Assembly (NCBI GenBank): GCA_038143065.1
Contig: JAYQLI010000035.1
Coordinates: 1,408,894 to 1,472,893, forward strand
DNA: 64,000 nucleotides
Reading direction: 5' to 3'
Source: Rhodospirillales bacterium
GTDB lineage: Bacteria; Pseudomonadota; Alphaproteobacteria; Bin95
The notes below the pieces were generated by a model that worked only from the letters and a program-made list of their open reading frames with translations, was not told the origin of the DNA and did no database searches. The stretch's first letter is position 1. The number at the start of each line of letters is the position of its first letter. This document shows, piece by piece, positions 25,827 to 36,482 of the stretch. A program made the position numbers and the translations under genes.

Positions 25827-26927
25827 ATGTCACTGTCCCAACACAATGATACAATTCGGTTCCTAGTCCTTGATGGTGATGGTATTGGGCCTGAAATAGT
25901 CCGGAGCACATTGACTGTGCTCGACGCTGTTTCTGATCATTTTGGGCTGCGCTTCTCATTCGAGAAGTTGCCAATAGGGTTTGAAGCATTATCCACTGAG
26001 GGAACATCTTTTCCAGAGCGCATTGTAGCCGCCATTCCAAATTGCGATGGCATTATTCTAGGGCCTGTAGATCATGCCGCTTACCCTCCCCCATCAGAGG
26101 GTGGTCTTAACCCCTCAGGCGAACTCCGAAAACGACTGGAGCTTTTCGCCAATATCCGGCCTGCCTTATCAAGACCAGGTTTTCCGCCACCGTGTGGCAA
26201 AAACGTAGACTTGGTAATAGTTCGTGAAAATACAGAAGGTTTCTATGCAGATCGATCAATGTTCCTTGGCAATGGTGAATTTATGCCAACGCCTGACATT
26301 GCGATGTCTCTTCGTAAAATTACTCGGGAAGGCAGCACACGGGTTGCAGTGGCTGCCTTTGAACTGGCCAGACGCCGACCTCGTAAGCTTTTAACCGCTG
26401 TACACAAAGCCAATGTGCTTCGGATTGGGGATGGACTTTTTCTCGAATGCTGTCGCGAGGTAGCAAAACAGTACCCGGACATCTCTTACGACGAAAAAAT
26501 TGTAGATGCGATGGCTGCTCTCTTGATTAGAGACTCAAGTCAATTTGACGTAATTGTTACTACGAACATGTTTGGAGATATTCTTTCCGACCAGGCCTCT
26601 GAACTTTCCGGCAGCTTGGGCCTTGCTGCATCATTAAACGCAGGTAAAGACTCAGCAGTTGCCCAGGCACAACATGGTTCCGCCCCAGATATTGCAGGAC
26701 AAGACATAGCAAACCCGAGTTCCTTAATTGGATCTTCGGCAATGCTTCTGGGGTGGCTAGGCGAACGTCATAACGACCAAAGACTAATTGAAGCTGCTGA
26801 GGCAATAGAGCAAGCTCTTAGTGAGGTTATTGCAGAGCCCGCCAAGCGCACACGTGACCTAGGAGGAAAAGTAGGAACACAGACATTTGCTGCCTATGTG
26901 GCAGACGCGCTGAGGAACCAAACCTAA
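25827..26927 (+). CDS. Isocitrate/isopropylmalate dehydrogenase family protein (substrate unknown)
   Basis: GDGIGPEI, LFANIRP, RENTEGFY, HKANV, NMFGDILSD and HGSAPDIAG. Confidence 0.9.
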   Translation: MSLSQHNDTIRFLVLDGDGIGPEIVRSTLTVLDAVSDHFGLRFSFEKLPIGFEALSTEGTSFPERIVAAIPNCDGIILGPVDHAAYPPPSEGGLNPSGELRKRLELFANIRPALSRPGFPPPCGKNVDLVIVRENTEGFYADRSMFLGNGEFMPTPDIAMSLRKITREGSTRVAVAAFELARRRPRKLLTAVHKANVLRIGDGLFLECCREVAKQYPDISYDEKIVDAMAALLIRDSSQFDVIVTTNMFGDILSDQASELSGSLGLAASLNAGKDSAVAQAQHGSAPDIAGQDIANPSSLIGSSAMLLGWLGERHNDQRLIEAAEAIEQALSEVIAEPAKRTRDLGGKVGTQTFAAYVADALRNQT

Positions 26928-26930
26928 CCC

Positions 26931-28313
26931 CTAAGCTGATCTAAGCGCATTTCCTAAATCTGACACCGGCAGCTGGTCTAAATTCAATACTGCCTCGCGG
27001 ATTTTCTCTGCATGGTCTTCCGATATCGACATTTTTGCCGATGCCCTGAATTTTGCACTTACGCCAGCCTCATCTAACATACGTTCACCTGCACCACTAT
27101 TGATGGGAACATGACGGGAGATTGTTTTACCGTTGTCTAAGTGGACAGTTAGACCCCCTGAAAAGTAGGTTGGGAAAAGAGTATCGGGGTCTGATGCACA
27201 GGTAACTTTAGCTGTCAGGTCTAAAAGTTCAGGTTCAGAAAAGGCCTCATCTCGAAGTTCGGCTAAGCCAAAATAGCCCTTGGCCAGACAAGTAGCTATA
27301 ACAAATTGAGCGCTAAATTTTGCTTCATAGTCAGTCTTAGGAGTCAGCTTAGAGGCTGCAGGTTCGGCGACTATCGGCATTGTCGGCCCAGGTAAGTAAG
27401 CCTCTACAGACGAGATCTGCCCCACATCAATTTCACGACTTATTTCGATCGCAGCGTCTGCGCATCCATGTATAAAATGACATACTGGATATGGCTTGAT
27501 AGCAGTAACAGCTAATTCCCAGCGTTGTCCTAAATCAGCATCTAACTCATCCGCATCAGTATCTTTCAAATGAGATTGGAAATGCGTTTCAAAGAGTCCA
27601 AACTTACCTTCATAAACACGGCTAGGGCCAACAAAACCCTGTTGAGCCAATGTTGCAGCAGTAATACCAGCAACAGCTCCCCAGCCAGGATGAAAACGCT
27701 TCGTCCAGGCGCCCTCTTCAAGAAAAACTTGCAGGCCTGCTGCACTACTCCCTGTGACTCACTGAGCCATGGTTAATTCATCTGCATCTAGCCCCATGAG
27801 CTTACCTGCTATAATGGCAGAGCTGAAATGCGATGCGACAGCCGTTGCATGATACCCCGCATGATGGAAAGCACCTTTAGCAGCTAGGCCAATCCGAATT
27901 GATGTTTCCATGCCAGCAACATAAGCAACCAACACATCTCTACCACTTGCACCAACGGCCTCACCAACTGCTAATGCAGCAGGAAGCGTTGCGACGGAAG
28001 CATGTATAATTGCACCAAGATGTGTGTCATCAAAGTCAAGCCCATGCAGCAGCATCCCATTTGCTAAGGCTGCATCTCGCGCAGACATTCCACCCTGCTC
28101 ACCAATGACAGAACACGCCCCACATCCACCAAGTGCCTTAACTCCTGATATTGCCTTCTCTGCGAACGGGTAGGACCTAGCCGCAACACCAACGCCAATG
28201 GCATCTAAAATTTGAAGCTTAGCTCTGTGTTTGACTGAATCTGGTATTGCTTCCCACGACAAATTTGCCGTGAATTCTGCTAATGCTCTGGATTTAGACT
28301 TATCACTTGTCAT
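26931..28313 (-). CDS. MmgE/PrpD family protein (frameshifted)
   Basis: AALANG.LLHGLDFDDTH, K.FHPGW, GP..VYEG.FG, IKPYPVCH and AKFSAQF. Confidence 0.9.
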
Positions 28314-28329
28314 TTTTTTGTCTCCATTC

Positions 28330-29110
28330 TTAACGACCCTGCCAATTTGGAATACGGCGCTCACTCATTGCTTTGACACCCTCTTTAAAATCTTCGGTCG
28401 CACGAAGTCTATCCTGGATCGCAAGCTCATGATCAGTAGCCGCTTTTACTTTCTCTGCTAAGCTGCCACGCATAGTCTTTCGCGTTTCAACAATGCCTAA
28501 AGGTGAACATTCAGCTATTTCAGTTGCAAAAGAAATCGCGGTATCACGAAGGTCTTCCATAGGCACAAGGACATCAACAAGCCCCCACTGAAAGGCTTCC
28601 TCTGCCTTTATGCGGCGGGACGTCATAAACATCAGTTCAGCACGATGTTTGCCAATCACTTCTGGCAAAGTCACGGTCAAACCAAATCCAGGATGAAAGC
28701 CGAGCCTCGTAAAATTGGCCACGAACCGGGCTTCTGGGCAAGCCACACGGAAATCTGGCATTAGCGCAAGTCCCAGGCCTCCACCTACTGCAGCTCCTTG
28801 CACCGCCGCAACCACAGGCTTGGGCGTTCTAAAAGCCTCACAGCCTCCACGTAAAGATGATTCCCACTTTTTGTTGCTGAGTCCCCAGCAGACGGTTGAG
28901 TGAAGTTTCCACCAGCACAGAAATTCTTTCCTCTGAGCATAACACTATTGCTCTGCATGCATTATCTGCACCTAAATCCTCAAACGCTGAAGCAAGTGAT
29001 TCAATCAGGTCATAGCTAAAATAATTGTGCGGAGGACGTCTAATTTCCGCAACGGCTACATAATTATCGAGTGTTACGTGAAGGTCTCCATATGTTCCGT
29101 ACTCCGCCAT
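28330..29110 (-). CDS. Enoyl-CoA hydratase/isomerase (crotonase) family protein (frameshifted)
   Basis: RPPHNYF, CRAIVL, VAAVQGAAVGGGLGLAL..DFRVA and TEDFKEGVKA..ERR.P. Confidence 0.9.
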
Positions 29111-29138
29111 TTTATATCTCCTCAATTTATTACAACTG

Positions 29139-30359
29139 CTACCACGCTGATTCTAATATCGCCAAGGAATTTGCCACTCTCTCTTCTGGAGAAGATAAAT
29201 TGGCAGACGCATTAAAATTTTTGACAGTTTCTATAGCAACCGCAATCAGGTCAGTTTTCTTGATAGGTAACTCGCGGAGGCGGATGGGCATCCCAACCTC
29301 TGCATATAGTTCTTCTAAACCATCAGCTATTGCTAATGAGATAGCCAGGGCATCTTTGCCATTCACATCAATTCCAAGTGCCTCAGCTGTCCTAGCGCCT
29401 GCATCAAAGGGCGGCGGCTCTGGAAAAAGCCGAATGGTGGAAGCATGGAGTACGCTAGTTGCCTCGCCCTGTCCAATAGCTGGGAATTTAAGGTGGAGTG
29501 CCGTTGCGACCGCATAATCGCTTGCAAACGGACCACGCGCCCTCATCGGCCGTCCATCGTCTTCTGCTCGATTTTGCAAAAATGCCGCAAGAGCCAGTTC
29601 CGAGCGAAGAAGTGGATTTTCTGAATCAGAATTGAGTCGTCCATAAGCCTGAGAAACGAGATTAAATGCTTGATCGAGATCGCCACGAACTAGAGGGTTG
29701 TGTGCCTTCTCGCCTAGTGTTGCAAATAGACCTGCAAATAATGTGGTGGCCGTCGAACGCAACACGCTTTGGGGCGCGGACATAAGCGCTCCTCATCAAG
29801 AAAAAATAGAGACAGGTCTGGTCTTCGGATCAAAATATTCCATCCTATGGTCAAGGTCTGAATTTTTAAGTCCAGTTCCCGCTCTATTCATGGCGGAAGT
29901 AGGGGTTGTCGGAATATTTATAATAGGTGGCTTAGGAGCCTTTAGGCGCGGACTGTAGGGTTTCTCGCCAGCCCGATATTGTGTCATCAGTTCAAATGGG
30001 TCTCCCTTTTCACCCATGAAAACAGCCACACCGCGCACTGCGACAATTACACTGCCTCCTCCTACTGCAATAAGCAGATCCGCTTGAGCAGACTTCGCCG
30101 CATCAGCGGCCTTTAAAACGGATGTGTAGGTGGAGTCATTTTCGATTCCATCGAAGTAACCACAGAAAGAATCACCGAGTGCTGCTTGGATCCGCATGAT
30201 TAGGTCCGTCTTAGCACTGATTGACGACGAGCAGATCACAAAAGCTCTTGTTGCTCGCTGCCGTGCAACGACCGATGATAATTCCATTTCAATAGCGCTT
30301 GGCCCAACGAATAATTTCCAAGAATATCCAGAACTTCGAAAAACTTTATCGGACGCCAA
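29139..30359 (-). CDS. Iron-containing alcohol dehydrogenase-fold protein, atypical (indels near 29790)
   Basis: ADLLIAVGGGS, PIINIPTT, DPKTRP and VGMPIRLREL. Canonical His ligands are not recognisable. Confidence 0.8.
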
Positions 30360-30492
30360 TTGGTAATTCCTATCTTTGTTACAAAACTACTAAGTTTAGA
30401 GGTTAACACTACGAACAGTGGTTGGAGAGCTTTTAAAACACCTCTAAGCTAATGTTTTTCTCCTAGCGACTAATATCCGAGGAAAACCCTTA

Positions 30493-31383
30493 ATGAGCGT
30501 AACGAATATCAAACCTATTAGGTCCTACCTCTTTGTGCCTGCTCTGAAAGCCTCAATGATTGAGCGTGGAGCCGCAGCTGGAGCAGATGCAATTATTCTG
30601 GATCTTGAAGATAGCGTGCCACCAGCAGCTCGATTAGACGCAAGGGCTTTGGTAGTAGAGAAATTGCCCTGGCTAGCTGAGCAAGGGCAACGGGTTTATG
30701 TCCGAATAAACCGAAGCCCATATCTTTACGATTTTGATGACCTGAAGGCCGTTGTAGGGCCTCACCTCGAAGGTATCATCATGTCAAAACCAATCGGTCC
30801 TGAAGATGTGGATTGTCTCTCTATGATGCTATCCGAGGTCGAGCATCAGAAAGGTACTGTTGTCGGATCTACACGTCTTGTCCCAACACTGGAAACAGCT
30901 CGTTCAATGCAAAAGGCCTATGAACTCGCTCTCTGCGAGCGTGTTTCTGCTCTTGCTGGCCCAATGGCCAAAAATGGCGATAGAGCGCGTGCATTAGGTT
31001 GTGATTGGTCTATGGAAGGTCGGGAATCTCTATACCTGAAGTCTAGGGTGGTTATGGCTGCCAGAGCTGCCGGAAAAGCTCCCATTGGGGGTCTCTGGCA
31101 GCAGGTTCATGACTTGGAGGGACTTAAATTATTCTTGGCAAGAGAACGCGAGTTGGGCATTGCAGGTCAGATGATACTGCACCCCTCAAATGTTGCTCTA
31201 ACCAATGAAACTTTCAGTCCTACTCCTGAGGAAGTGGCCTTTTATCAAGGCATGATAGACGCCCACGAAGCGTCTGTCGCAGAAGGCAAGGCATCATGCA
31301 TATATGAAGGCGATCACATTGATATTGCTCACGTGCAAACTGCTCGTGAGATCGTGGCACTGGCAGCCTCTTTCGACGGTTAG
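30493..31383 (+). CDS. CitE/malyl-CoA lyase-like (HpcH/HpaI aldolase/citrate lyase family)
   Basis: RSYLFVP, ADAIILDLEDSV, YVRIN, AARAAG, LHP and FSPTPEE. Confidence 0.9.
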   Translation: MSVTNIKPIRSYLFVPALKASMIERGAAAGADAIILDLEDSVPPAARLDARALVVEKLPWLAEQGQRVYVRINRSPYLYDFDDLKAVVGPHLEGIIMSKPIGPEDVDCLSMMLSEVEHQKGTVVGSTRLVPTLETARSMQKAYELALCERVSALAGPMAKNGDRARALGCDWSMEGRESLYLKSRVVMAARAAGKAPIGGLWQQVHDLEGLKLFLARERELGIAGQMILHPSNVALTNETFSPTPEEVAFYQGMIDAHEASVAEGKASCIYEGDHIDIAHVQTAREIVALAASFDG

Positions 31384-33740
31384 CGGCTCGCTGTTTGGAT
31401 TGCGCTCCATACCTTCATTGGCGTTGCAGGCATGTCTATGTGTGTAACGCCATAGTCTGAAAGAGCGTCTATCAAAGCATTCATAACTGACGGCATCGCA
31501 CCTGCACAGCCTGCTTCACCGCAGCCCTTCACACCTAAAGGATTGGTCTTAGCTGGGCTGGGCAGATGATCAATGGCTGTCATGTCAGGCATATGATCGG
31601 CGCGAGGCATTGCGTAGTCCATGAAAGAACCCGTTAAAGGTTGTCCTTCCTCATCAAAAACTACTTCTTCCATTAATGCCTGTCCAATACCCTGCGCTAC
31701 ACCGCCATGAGCCTGGCCAGCTACCAACATTGGATTAACAACCACACCAAAGTCATTAACCATGACGTAGGACACCACTTCTACGACCCCGGTATCAGGG
31801 TCCACCTCAACCTCAGCTATATGACAGCCATTGGGGTAGGAGAAAGGAGGACCTTCCGCTATGTGAGATACGGACATGTCATTTTCCAAATCGTCAGGTA
31901 AATCTGTCGATGTTCTCGCTGCGGCTGCTAGTTCCATAATACCAATAGCACGATCGGTACCCGCGATAGTGAACTTCCCACCATCCGGCGCCACATTAAA
32001 TTCGATATCATCCACGGCTGCCTCAAGCATATGGGCAGCAAGTTTTTTACCCTTCTCTTTTACAAGTTCGGAAGCTTCAAAAATCGCTTTCCCACTATGC
32101 ATCGTAGAACGAGAACCACCAGTTCCAGTACCTGCAATCAGCTCATCAGAATCGCCCTGAATCAATCGAATTGCCTCAAAAGGAATACCAAGGAGAGTTG
32201 TTAGTACCTGTCCAAAAGTAGAGGCATGCCCCTGGCCATAATCTAATGTACCAGTAACGAGCGAGACCGTGCCATCTCCTTCAAACCTAATACCACCCAT
32301 TTCACGACCAGGTGGACCAGTCACTTCTAGATACTGCCCAATACCAATACCACGCAGCTTACCTCGCGTCTTAGCCTCTGCCCGTCTGGCAGGAAATCCA
32401 TTCCAGTCTGCATCAGACAAAGCCTTATCAAGAATCGCTGGAAAATCACCAGAGTCATAAACGGTATTTGCCGGTGTCGTGTGAGGCAGCATAGCGGGAG
32501 TGATATGATTACGGCGTCTGATCTCTACTCGATCAATGCCCATTTCCCTTGCTGCAGTGTCAAGAATACGTTCAATGTAATAATTGCTTTCTGGTCGGCC
32601 AGCACCCCGGTAAGGACCAACAGGCGTAGTGTTCGTAAAAACACAACGCGTGGCCACTTCTTGTAAGGGAGTTGCATAAACACTGATTGTGTTCTTCACG
32701 ACATTACCGGTCGGCTGCATAACGGTTCCGTTTGACAGGTAAGCCCCAGGGGTTCCAAACCCAGAGATACGGATGGCGGTAATGCAGCCATTTGCGTCAA
32801 AAGCAGCTTCCTGGCGCATATCATGGCCTCTTCCATGACTGTCAGACAAAAAGCTTTCAGAACGCTTATCAGTCCACTTTACTGGTCGACCCAAAAGTTT
32901 TGCTGCATGAAGAATTGCGATGTACTCAGGGTAACAAGAAGATTTCATTCCAAAGCTTCCGCCCACATTACCTATGAGTACCCGGATGTCTTTAGCCTCT
33001 GCTTTGAGAGGCTTTGACAAATTATTTCGCATTGGAAATGCGCCCTGGCATCCAAGCCGAAGGACGTATCGACCATCCTCTATATTCGCTAGAGCTGAGC
33101 GCGGCTCCATAGGAACCACAGCGATACGACTGTTCCAAATTTTCATGGATACGACATGGGCAGCCTGTTCAAATGCCGCAGCGACCGCAGCGCCATCGCC
33201 ATGATGAAAATCTAATACCACGTTGCTTGGGATCTCGTTGTGAACCGCGGTGGCAGAATCAGTGACACCAGCCTCTGCAGAGGTAACAGCAGGAAGGCTT
33301 TCAATATCCAAGAACACTGCTTCTGCTGCATCCTCTGCTTGAGCACGTGTTTCTGCTACTACACAAGCGACTGGATCTCCTACAAACCGGACCTTATCGA
33401 TTGTTAGAGGAGGTTGCTCTGGCTTAATCATGCTGGAGCCATCACGATTCTTAAAATCAGGACCAGAACTCATGGATCCGTAACCTGCATCAACCAGGTC
33501 TTTTCCCGTGATAATTTCAAGAACGCCCGGCATAGCCTTGGCATCGCTGACACTAATTTCCTTCAAAAAGCCATGGGCTACAGGACTTCTGACCATCACT
33601 GCATAGGCTTGGCCCGACAAGGAATTATCATCTGCATAGCGGCCATGCCCCTTTACCAACACCGGGTCTTCTTTGCGAGAAACGGGCTGACCAATCGAAT
33701 ATTTTTCGACCGAGGCCGAAATAGCATCGAGCGGGGACAT
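31380..33740 (-). CDS. Molybdopterin-binding large subunit, xanthine dehydrogenase/CoxL family (not form I CODH)
   Basis: IGQPVSRKED, VGGSFGMK, PYRGAGRPE, YGQGH, GQAHGGVAQGIGQAL and NPLGVKGCGEAG. Confidence 0.92.
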   Translation of the reverse strand: MSPLDAISASVEKYSIGQPVSRKEDPVLVKGHGRYADDNSLSGQAYAVMVRSPVAHGFLKEISVSDAKAMPGVLEIITGKDLVDAGYGSMSSGPDFKNRDGSSMIKPEQPPLTIDKVRFVGDPVACVVAETRAQAEDAAEAVFLDIESLPAVTSAEAGVTDSATAVHNEIPSNVVLDFHHGDGAAVAAAFEQAAHVVSMKIWNSRIAVVPMEPRSALANIEDGRYVLRLGCQGAFPMRNNLSKPLKAEAKDIRVLIGNVGGSFGMKSSCYPEYIAILHAAKLLGRPVKWTDKRSESFLSDSHGRGHDMRQEAAFDANGCITAIRISGFGTPGAYLSNGTVMQPTGNVVKNTISVYATPLQEVATRCVFTNTTPVGPYRGAGRPESNYYIERILDTAAREMGIDRVEIRRRNHITPAMLPHTTPANTVYDSGDFPAILDKALSDADWNGFPARRAEAKTRGKLRGIGIGQYLEVTGPPGREMGGIRFEGDGTVSLVTGTLDYGQGHASTFGQVLTTLLGIPFEAIRLIQGDSDELIAGTGTGGSRSTMHSGKAIFEASELVKEKGKKLAAHMLEAAVDDIEFNVAPDGGKFTIAGTDRAIGIMELAAAARTSTDLPDDLENDMSVSHIAEGPPFSYPNGCHIAEVEVDPDTGVVEVVSYVMVNDFGVVVNPMLVAGQAHGGVAQGIGQALMEEVVFDEEGQPLTGSFMDYAMPRADHMPDMTAIDHLPSPAKTNPLGVKGCGEAGCAGAMPSVMNALIDALSDYGVTHIDMPATPMKVWSAIQTASR

Positions 33741-33845
33741 GATTACTCTCCAGAATGTTTGGAACAGACTTGTTATGGAGATTAAGGCGAGTATCGCCGC
33801 TGTGGAAGTGCTAAGAGGTTCTGCAAATAAAGTATTTTAAAAACG

Positions 33846-36478
33846 CTAGATATCAGGGTCGTAACCAAGGACAGGGCGCAGCCAACGCTCTGCTGTTTCA
33901 AGTTCTACACTTTTTCGGTTTGCATAATCTTTTACTTGATCTTTTTCCACCCTTGATACACCAAAATAGCGAGCTTCGGGGTGGGCAAAATACCAACCTG
34001 AGACTGAAGCCCCTGGCATCATTGCAAAGCTTTCCGTCAAACTAATCCCTGCAAGTTGCTCTACATCAAGAATACGGAAAAGTGTTGTCTTCTCAGAATG
34101 ATCTGGGCATGCAGGATACCCAGGCGCGGGGCGTATACCCCTATATTTTTCGCGAATGAGCTCTTCATTAGTAAGGTCTTCTTTCGGAGAATAACCCCAG
34201 AATTCACGTCTTACTCGTTCATGCATTCGCTCTGCGAAAGCTTCGGCGAGACGATCGGCAAGAGCCTTCAAAAGAATTCCATTGTAATCATCAGACGATT
34301 TCTCGAAATCACGAGCAATAGTTTCTGCTTCTTTTCCAGAAGTTACTGCAAATCCTCCCAGATAGTCGGCCTTATCAGCACCTCCAATGAAATCCGCAAG
34401 GCAATCGTGGGGCTGGCCTTCCCTCTTCAATGTTTGTTGCCGCAGGCAGTGGACACGGGCCAATTCAGTTATTCGGTCTTTTTCTTGATAAAGTTGGATA
34501 TCGTCGCCAACGCATTCTGCAGGCCAAAAACCTATGACTCCTCGCGGGCTTAACCATTTTTCGTCAACAATTCGAGACAGCATTGCCTGAGCATCTTTGA
34601 AAAGAGCGCGGGCTGCCTCCCCAACCACTTCATCATCTAAAATACGAGGGAACGTTCCTGCGAGTTCCCATGTCCGAAAGAACGGTGTCCAATCAATGCG
34701 ATCAACTAATTCTGTCAGGGAATAGTCCGCAAAAGCATGAGTTCCAATGAAACTTGGCTCCTGTGGCTTATAAATAGAGAAATCGATTTGGCGTGCGTTA
34801 CCTCGAGCCTCTTCAATTGTGATCTGCCGAACCTTGCGCTCTCCACTCCGAGCCTCTCGAATTTTTAAATACTCGCTTGAAGTAGCCGCCTTGAAGGAGT
34901 CTCTTTGACTATCAGACAGGAGTGCAGAGCAAACCCCAACAGCTCGGGAGGCATCCAGAACATGAGCCACGCCACCACTGTAGACGGGCTCAATTCTTAA
35001 GGCCGTGTGCGCTTTCGAAGTCGTGGCACCGCCGATAAGCAATGGAATATCGAATCCCTGGCGTTTCATCTCCGATGCAACGTTCACCATCTCGTCTAAA
35101 GACGGTGTTATAAGACCAGAAAGGCCTATGATATCTGCCTTTTCTGCTTTTGCAGTTGCGAGAATCTTCTCTGCAGGAACCATGACACCAAGGTCTATAA
35201 CTCGGTAGTTGTTGCATTGAAGAACTACCCCAACAATATTTTTGCCAATGTCATGGACGTCACCCTTTACCGTGGCCATAACTATGACACCCGAGTCGCT
35301 TGCTGCACCGTCAGCCTTTTCTTCTTCTATGTAGGGCGTAAGATAAGCTACTGCCTGTTTCATGACCCGGGCAGACTTAACAACTTGCGGCAGGAACATT
35401 TTGCCTTCGCCAAAAGGTCACCAACGACATTCATGCCATCCATTAGAGGGCCTTCGATAACATCGAGAGGCCTAGTGGCAACTTGCCGTGCTTCCTCAAC
35501 ATCCTCGGCAATAAAGGTGTTAATGCCGTTCACTAATGCATGTGAGAGGCGCTCGTTTACTGGATACAACCTCCAAGCAAGCACCTCCTCTTCAGTTGAG
35601 CCTTCATCCTCACCTTTATAACGCTCGGCAATCTCCAAAAGACGCTCAGAGGCGTCCTGTCGTCGATTTAGGATTACGTCTTCAACTCGTCCCCTAAGCT
35701 CGGGATTGATCTGATCATATACATCAAGTTGTCCTGCATTAACGATACCCATATCCATGCCAGCCTGGATAGCGTGATACAGAAACACAGAGTGCATTGC
35801 TCGGCGTACAGTTTCATTTCCTCTAAAGGAGAATGAAACATTGGAAACACCCCCAGAAACATGAGCATGAGGCAATTCTGTCTTTATTCGACGCGTTGCT
35901 TCAATAAACGCGCGGCCATAGTCATCATGCTCGGGGATACCCGTGGCAACCGCAAAAATGTTGGGATCAAAAACAATATCTTCAGCTGCCAACCCCACCT
36001 GCGCTGTTAGCAATCTGTAGGCACGGGAACAAATATCCACCTTGCGATCTACCGTCTCCGCCTGACCATTTTCATCAAAAGCCATGACAACAACAGCCGC
36101 GCCATATCTCCGACACGCGCGGGCCTGAGCAAGGAATGGCTCCTCGCCTTCCTTTAAACTAATCGAATTAACAATTGCTTTGCCCTGAACGCACTTCAGC
36201 CCTGCCTCAATGACGGACCATTTGGATGAATCTATCATGATGGGCACTCGAGCAATGTCAGGCTCACTCGCGATCAAGTTCAAAAAGGTAGTCATCGCCA
36301 GCTCGCCGTCTAGCAGACCCTCATCCATGTTAATGTCTATTATCTGGGCGCCATTTTCGACTTGTTGTCTTGCTACATCCAGAGCTGAGCCATAGTCCCC
36401 TGCCATAATTAATTTTCGGAAACGAGCTGAACCGGTGACGTTCGTTCGTTCACCAACGTTGATAAATGAGGGCTGCAT
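33846..36478 (-). CDS. metH: B12-dependent methionine synthase: pterin, cobalamin-binding and reactivation domains (T-run frameshift near 35400)
   Basis: [38 protein letters not shown] and [14 protein letters not shown]. Confidence 0.97.
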
Positions 36479-36482
36479 ACGG

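Noticed and set aside
31380-33740. Aerobic CO dehydrogenase
   Set aside because: It lacks the form I AYxCSFR motif and the coxMS/DEFG context.
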